A stretch of 12,387 bases of DNA, taken from the IMG/VR virus record IMGVR_UViG_3300015182_000009; one strand, written 5' to 3'. The first letter of the stretch is position 1; each line of letters starts with the position of its first letter. The notes below the pieces were generated by a model, which saw nothing but the letters and a program-made list of their open reading frames with translations, was not told where the DNA came from and did not search any database. The stretch is from a virus (lineage: Duplodnaviria; Heunggongvirae; Uroviricota; Caudoviricetes). Below are positions 8,501 to 12,387 of the stretch, in pieces. The position numbers and the translations under genes are program-made.

Positions 8501-9070
8501 AATCCTCCGGTATTTTCCCTGACACCGGACGGGCGGCTGACGGCGAAAAATGCCGATATCAGCGGTAACGTGAATGCGAACGCCGGGACGCTCAACAACG
8601 TCACGATTAACGAGAACTGTCGGGTTCTGGGAAAACTGTCCGCCAACCAGATTGAAGGCGATCTCGTTAAAACAGTGGGCAAAGCTTTCCCCCGGGACTC
8701 CCGTGCACCGGAACGGTGGCCATCAGGGACCATCACCGTCAGGGTTTATGACGATCAGCCGTTTGACCGGCAGATTGTTATTCCGGCGGTGGCATTCAGC
8801 GGCGCTAAACATGAGCGGGAGAATAACGATATTTATTCGTCATGCCGCCTGATAGTACGGAAAAACGGTGCTGAAATTTATAACCGTACCGCGCTGGATA
8901 ATACGCTGATTTACAGTGGTGTTATTGATATGCCTGCCGGTCACGGTCACATGACACTGGAGTTTTCGGTGTCAGCATGGCTGGTAAATAACTGGTATCC
9001 CACAGCCAGTATCAGCGATTTGCTGGTTGTGGTGATGAAGAAAGCCACTGCAGGCATCACGATTAGCTGA
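5591..9070 (+). CDS. J: Central tail fibre / host specificity protein J (lambda gpJ-like)
   Basis: 1159-aa ORF starting [20 protein letters not shown]..., as recalled for lambda gpJ (1132 aa). The long antisense ORF 6683..8068 is a by-product of this gene's composition. Confidence 0.92.
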   Translation: MGKGSSKGHTPREAKDNLKSSQMLSVIDAISEGPVEGPVDGLKSVLLNSTPVLDTEGNTNISGVTVVFRAGEQEQTPPEGFESSGSETVLGTEVKYDTPITRTITSANIDRLRFTFGVQALVETTSKGDRNPSEVRLLVQIQRNGGWVTEKDITIKGKTTSQYLASVVVDNLPPRPFNIRMRRMTPDSTTDQLQNKTLWSSYTEIIDVKQCYPNTALVGVQVDSEQFGSQQVSRNYHLRGRILQVPSNYNPQTRQYSGIWDGTFKPAYSNNMAWCLWDMLTHPRYGMGKRLGAADVDKWALYVIGQYCDQSVPDGFGGTEPRITCNAYLTTQRKAWDVLSDFCSAMRCMPVWNGQTLTFVQDRPSDKVWTYNRSNVVMPDDGAPFRYSFSALKDRHNAVEVNWIDPDNGWETATELVEDTQAIARYGRNVTKMDAFGCTSRGQAHRAGLWLIKTELLETQTVDFSVGAEGLRHVPGDVIEICDDDYAGISTGGRVLAVNSQTRTLTLDREITLPSSGTTLISLVDGQGNPVSVEVQSVTDGVKVKVSRVPDGVAEYSVWGLKLPTLRQRLFRCVSIRENDDGTYAITAVQHVPEKEAIVDNGAHFDGDQSGTVNGVTPPAVQHLTAEVTADSGEYQVLARWDTPKVVKGVSFLLRLTVTADDGSEWLVSTARTTETTYRFTQLALGNYRLTVRAVNAWGQQGDPASVSFRIAAPAAPSRIELTPGYFQITATPHLAVYDPTVQFEFWFSEKRITDIRQVETTARYLGTALYWIAASINIKPGHDYYFYIRSVNTVGKSAFVEAVGQPSDDASGYLDFFKGEIGKTHLAQELWTQIDNGQLAPDLAEIRTSITDVSNEITQTVNKKLEDQSAAIQQIQKVQVDTNNNLNSMWAVKLQQMQDGRLYIAGIGAGIENTPDGMQSQVLLAADRIAMINPANGNTKPMFVGQGDQIFMNEVFLKRLTAPTITSGGNPPVFSLTPDGRLTAKNADISGNVNANAGTLNNVTINENCRVLGKLSANQIEGDLVKTVGKAFPRDSRAPERWPSGTITVRVYDDQPFDRQIVIPAVAFSGAKHERENNDIYSSCRLIVRKNGAEIYNRTALDNTLIYSGVIDMPAGHGHMTLEFSVSAWLVNNWYPTASISDLLVVVMKKATAGITIS

Positions 9071-9088
9071 ATTTTATAACCCAGATAC

Positions 9089-9113
9089 GGGCGCCAGAAA
9101 TGGCGCCTTTTTT
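9089..9113 (+). terminator. Rho-independent terminator downstream of J
   Basis: GGCGCC-AGAAAT-GGCGCC hairpin (9090-9107) followed by TTTTTT (9108-9113). Confidence 0.7.
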
Positions 9114-9137
9114 ATTGCAGAAAAGCGAGAGGTAATT

Positions 9138-9737
9138 ATGCGTAAAGTTTATGCAGCTATTTTGTCCGCAGCCATCTGTCTGGCCGTATCAGGTACGCCT
9201 GCATGGGCGTCTGAACACCAGTCCACACTGAGCGCAGGGTATCTTCATGCCCGTACGAACGTCCCCGGCAGCGATAATCTGAACGGGATTAACGTGAAAT
9301 ACCGTTATGAATTTACGGACACGCTGGGGCTGGTGACGTCATTCAGTTATGCCAATGCCAAAGATGAGCAAAAAACGCATTACAGCGATACCCGCTGGCA
9401 TGAAGATTCCGTGCGTAACCGCTGGTTCAGCGTGATGGCGGGGCCGTCTGTGCGCGTGAATGAATGGTTCAGCGCGTATGCGATGGCGGGTATGGCTTAC
9501 AGCCGTGTGTCGACTTTCTCCGGGGATTATCTCCGCGTAACTGACAACAAGGGGAAAACGCACGACGTGCTGACCGGAAGTGATGACGGTCGCCACAGCA
9601 ACACGTCTCTGGCGTGGGGGGCTGGCGTGCAGTTTAACCCGACCGAATCCGTGGCCGTTGATGTCGCTTATGAAGGTTCCGGCAGTGGCGACTGGCGCAC
9701 TGACGGTTTCATCGTGGGTGTCGGTTATAAATTCTGA
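9138..9737 (+). CDS. lom: Outer-membrane protein Lom (Ail/Lom/OmpX family beta-barrel), a lysogenic-conversion moron
   Basis: 199 aa with a signal peptide (MRKVYAAILSAAICLAVSGTPAWA) and a C-terminus ...YEGSGSGDWRTDGFIVGVGYKF matching the lambda Lom ending. The ribosome-binding site GAGAGG lies upstream. Its position between J and stf is as in lambda. Confidence 0.9.
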   Translation: MRKVYAAILSAAICLAVSGTPAWASEHQSTLSAGYLHARTNVPGSDNLNGINVKYRYEFTDTLGLVTSFSYANAKDEQKTHYSDTRWHEDSVRNRWFSVMAGPSVRVNEWFSAYAMAGMAYSRVSTFSGDYLRVTDNKGKTHDVLTGSDDGRHSNTSLAWGAGVQFNPTESVAVDVAYEGSGSGDWRTDGFIVGVGYKF

Positions 9738-9763
9738 TTAGCCAGGTAACACAGTGTTATGAC

Positions 9764-9790
9764 AGCCCGCCGGTTCAGGCGGGCTTTTTT
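9764..9790 (+). terminator. Rho-independent terminator downstream of lom
   Basis: AGCCCGCC-GGTTCA-GGCGGGCT hairpin followed by TTTTTT. Confidence 0.75.
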
Positions 9791-9801
9791 GTGGGGTGAA
9801 T

Positions 9802-12387
9802 ATGGCAGTAAAGATTTCAGGTGTACTGAAAGACGGCACAGGAAAACCGGTACAGAACTGCACAATCCAGCTGAAAGCAAAACGTAACAGTACCACGGTG
9901 GTGGTGAACACGCTGGCCTCAGAAAATCCGGATGAAGCCGGGCGTTACAGCATGGACGTTGAGTACGGTCAGTACAGCGTTATTCTGTTGGTGGAAGGAT
10001 TCCCGCCGTCACATGCCGGGACCATCACCGTGTATGAAGATTCCCGACCCGGTACGCTGAATGATTTTCTCGGTGCCATGACGGAGGATGATGCCCGTCC
10101 TGAGGCACTGCGCCGTTTTGAACTGATGGTGGAAGAGGTGGCGCGTAACGCGTCCGCGGTGGCACAGAACACGGCAGCCGCGAAGAAGTCAGCCAGCGAT
10201 GCCAGCACATCAGCCCGTGAGGCGGCAACCCGTGCGACTGATGCTGCAGGCTCAGCACGTGCAGCCAGCACGTCAGCCGGACAGGCCGCGTCGTCGGCTC
10301 AGTCAGCGTCTTCCAGCGCAGGAACGGCATCAACAAAGGCCACTGAAGCATCAAAAAGTGCTGCCGCCGCAGAGTCTTCAAAAAGCGCGGCAGCCACCAG
10401 TGCCGGTGCAGCGAAAACGTCGGAAATGAATGCCGCAGCATCACAAAAATCTGCGGCCACATCTGCATCCACCGCGACCACGAAAGCGTCAGAAGCTGCC
10501 ACCTCAGCCCGGGATGCGTCGGCTTCAAAAGTGGCGGCAAAATCATCAGAAACGAGCGCTGCCTCGAGCGCCGGCAGTGCAGCTTCCTCGGCAACGGCAG
10601 CAGGAAATTCCGCGAAGGCCGCAAAAACGTCTGAGACGAATGCGGATAACAGCGCACAGGCGGCAGCAGACTCACAAACTGCATCGGCAAACTCCGCGAC
10701 AGCAGCCAAAAAATCAGAAACCAACGCGAAAAATAGTGAGGCAGCAGCAAAGGTCAGCGAAACCAACGCTAAAGCGTCAGAGAACAAGGCGAAAGAATAT
10801 CTCGACAAGGTCGGGGGACTCGTCAGCCCGATGACGCAATACGATTGGCCCGTTGTTACTGGTAATGAGTCTTTTTACATAAAGATCGCGAAACTTTCCG
10901 ATCCCGGAAGCGGCAATTGCCATGTAACGCTAATGGTTACTAATGCCGGTAACTACGGCTCCCCTTACGGAAACATTGACTTTATCGAGATCTCGGCGCG
11001 CGGTCTGCCTTCTTTGCTTAGTGCGGATAATGTTTCTCGTCATCTGAGTATACGCCGCTTAGGGTCAACCGGGCTGACCGATAACAACCAGATGCGTTAC
11101 GGCCTGGTTAAAGGTGACGGCTTTATTGAGGTTTGGGCCTTCCAGCGCGCATTTATCAACGGCGCAAAGGTTGCGGTGCTGGCGCAGACGGCACGCCCGG
11201 AATTATACATTCCAGACGGATTTGTTAAGCAAACCGCCGCGCCTTCTGGATATGTTGAAAGCCCCGTTGTAAGGATTTACGACCAGTTAAACAAGCCGAC
11301 TAAAGCAGATTTGGGTCTTTCTAATGCTATGCTTACAGGCGCTTTCGGTCTTGGCGGTAGCGGGATATCAACAAACGGCAAGATGAGCGATGTAGAGATC
11401 TTAAAAGCTCTGCGTGACAAAGGTGGTCATTTCTGGCGCGGTGATAAGCCGACCGGAAGCACGGCGACCATTTATAGCCACGGTTCTGGTATATTCTCGC
11501 GGTGCGGCGATACGTGGTCAGCGATCAATATCGACTACTCAACCGCGAAGATTAAGATCTATGCCGGCAACGATGCCCGGCTTAACAACGGGACTTTTAG
11601 CATCAATGAGCTATACGGCTCGGCAAACAAGCCGTCGAAATCGGATGTTGGACTTGGCAACGTAACTAACGATGCGCAGGTGAAAAAATCCGGCGATGTT
11701 ATGTCTGGTGATCTTGATATATTGAAAGAAACGCCATCTATCAGGCTAAAATCAGCAAAAGGAACCGCTCATCTGTGGTTCATGAACAACGACGGAAGCG
11801 AGCGCGGCGTTGTTTGGTCGCCTGAAAACAACGAATCACTTGGCGAAATCCACATCAGGGCGAAAAACACAAAAGGTGAATCAAGTGGTGATTTTATTGT
11901 TCGCCACGACGGGAGGGTTGAGGCCCGCAATCTAAAAATAACTTACAAAATCAGCGCAGCCACCGCAGAATTTGCAAACACAAGCACCAGTTCCGATAAC
12001 ACTACGGTAAGCATCAAAGGATCTCAGCATACGCCTTTGGTTTTAACGAGCAACAACACAATTAAAAACTTGTCCATTGGGTTTAAGGTTGATGATGTTG
12101 ATCAAAAATACCTGGGTATAGCTGGTGACGGTGATTTGTATTTTGGTAGTTATTCTGACCACACAAAAAACAGCAAAGTAATCACACAAGCAAAACTCGA
12201 TAGCGGGGTGACGGTAGGCGGTAAAACAACCTTTTCTGACTTTGCCACATTTAACGCAGGTATGGCGGGATCTATCGAGCCGGAAACCATTGACAACAAG
12301 ACTATTGATTTAAACGACTTGATCATTGCTAATACAGTGGCTGGATCTGTTAAATACTATCAATGCAAAACTGTTGCAGGTGGTGCA
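9802..12387 (+). CDS. stf: Side tail fibre protein (lambda Stf-like N-terminus, divergent distal region); 3' end lies beyond the window
   Basis: ATG at 9802 opens a frame-1 reading frame with no stop to the window end (862 codons). It is missing from the ORF track, presumably because that track lists only ORFs with a stop inside the window. The N-terminus MAVKISGVLKDGTGKPVQNCTIQLKA...SMDVEYGQYSVIL...FPPSHAGTITVYEDS matches lambda Stf, followed by an Ala/Ser/Thr/Lys-rich shaft and then an unrelated AT-richer distal region. Confidence 0.85.
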   Translation, partial: MAVKISGVLKDGTGKPVQNCTIQLKAKRNSTTVVVNTLASENPDEAGRYSMDVEYGQYSVILLVEGFPPSHAGTITVYEDSRPGTLNDFLGAMTEDDARPEALRRFELMVEEVARNASAVAQNTAAAKKSASDASTSAREAATRATDAAGSARAASTSAGQAASSAQSASSSAGTASTKATEASKSAAAAESSKSAAATSAGAAKTSEMNAAASQKSAATSASTATTKASEAATSARDASASKVAAKSSETSAASSAGSAASSATAAGNSAKAAKTSETNADNSAQAAADSQTASANSATAAKKSETNAKNSEAAAKVSETNAKASENKAKEYLDKVGGLVSPMTQYDWPVVTGNESFYIKIAKLSDPGSGNCHVTLMVTNAGNYGSPYGNIDFIEISARGLPSLLSADNVSRHLSIRRLGSTGLTDNNQMRYGLVKGDGFIEVWAFQRAFINGAKVAVLAQTARPELYIPDGFVKQTAAPSGYVESPVVRIYDQLNKPTKADLGLSNAMLTGAFGLGGSGISTNGKMSDVEILKALRDKGGHFWRGDKPTGSTATIYSHGSGIFSRCGDTWSAINIDYSTAKIKIYAGNDARLNNGTFSINELYGSANKPSKSDVGLGNVTNDAQVKKSGDVMSGDLDILKETPSIRLKSAKGTAHLWFMNNDGSERGVVWSPENNESLGEIHIRAKNTKGESSGDFIVRHDGRVEARNLKITYKISAATAEFANTSTSSDNTTVSIKGSQHTPLVLTSNNTIKNLSIGFKVDDVDQKYLGIAGDGDLYFGSYSDHTKNSKVITQAKLDSGVTVGGKTTFSDFATFNAGMAGSIEPETIDNKTIDLNDLIIANTVAGSVKYYQCKTVAGGA

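Larger units (their letters stand above)
3008..12387 (+). mobile_element. Lambda-like prophage remnant: tail-tip and host-specificity module (H', M, L, K, I, J, lom, stf'), truncated on the left by IS66 and open at the window end
   Basis: Gene order, overlaps and protein sizes follow the lambda late region. No head, tail-tube or intact tape-measure genes lie upstream. Confidence 0.85.

Noticed and set aside
8437-8852. Small ORFs 8437..8736 (-) and 8574..8852 (+)
   Set aside because: Both lie within the J coding region in other frames and have no start-site signals or recognisable motifs.
10025-10834. Three overlapping ORFs (10025..10750 -, 10299..10808 -, 10430..10834 +) of 134-241 aa
   Set aside because: All lie within the low-complexity Ala/Ser-rich coding region of stf, where biased composition removes stops in several frames. 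Their translations are Pro/Arg/Gln- or Ala-rich low-complexity strings.
1-12387. CRISPR arrays, tRNA or rRNA genes, integrase or attachment site
   Set aside because: I found no regularly spaced direct repeats outside the stf low-complexity region and no cloverleaf-like or rRNA-like sequence. The integration end of the prophage is not in this window.

Overview
This window is a defective lambda-like prophage tail-tip module (3' stub of the tape-measure gene H, then M, L, K, I, J, lom, and a side-tail-fibre stf that runs off the 3' end), truncated on its left by an IS66-family insertion sequence (476-3007, three ORFs on the minus strand). Left of the IS is the N-terminal fragment of a dynamin-like P-loop GTPase, and positions 1-55 are an Illumina TruSeq/P5 adapter, so the contig's 5' end is a library artefact rather than biology. 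I saw no rRNA, tRNA or CRISPR array. I did not find a clearly novel system; the most unusual points are the IS junction that joins unrelated sequences without a target-site duplication, and a mosaic stf whose distal part is AT-rich and unfamiliar. All homology statements are from reading the translations against remembered lambda and IS66 proteins, not from a database search.
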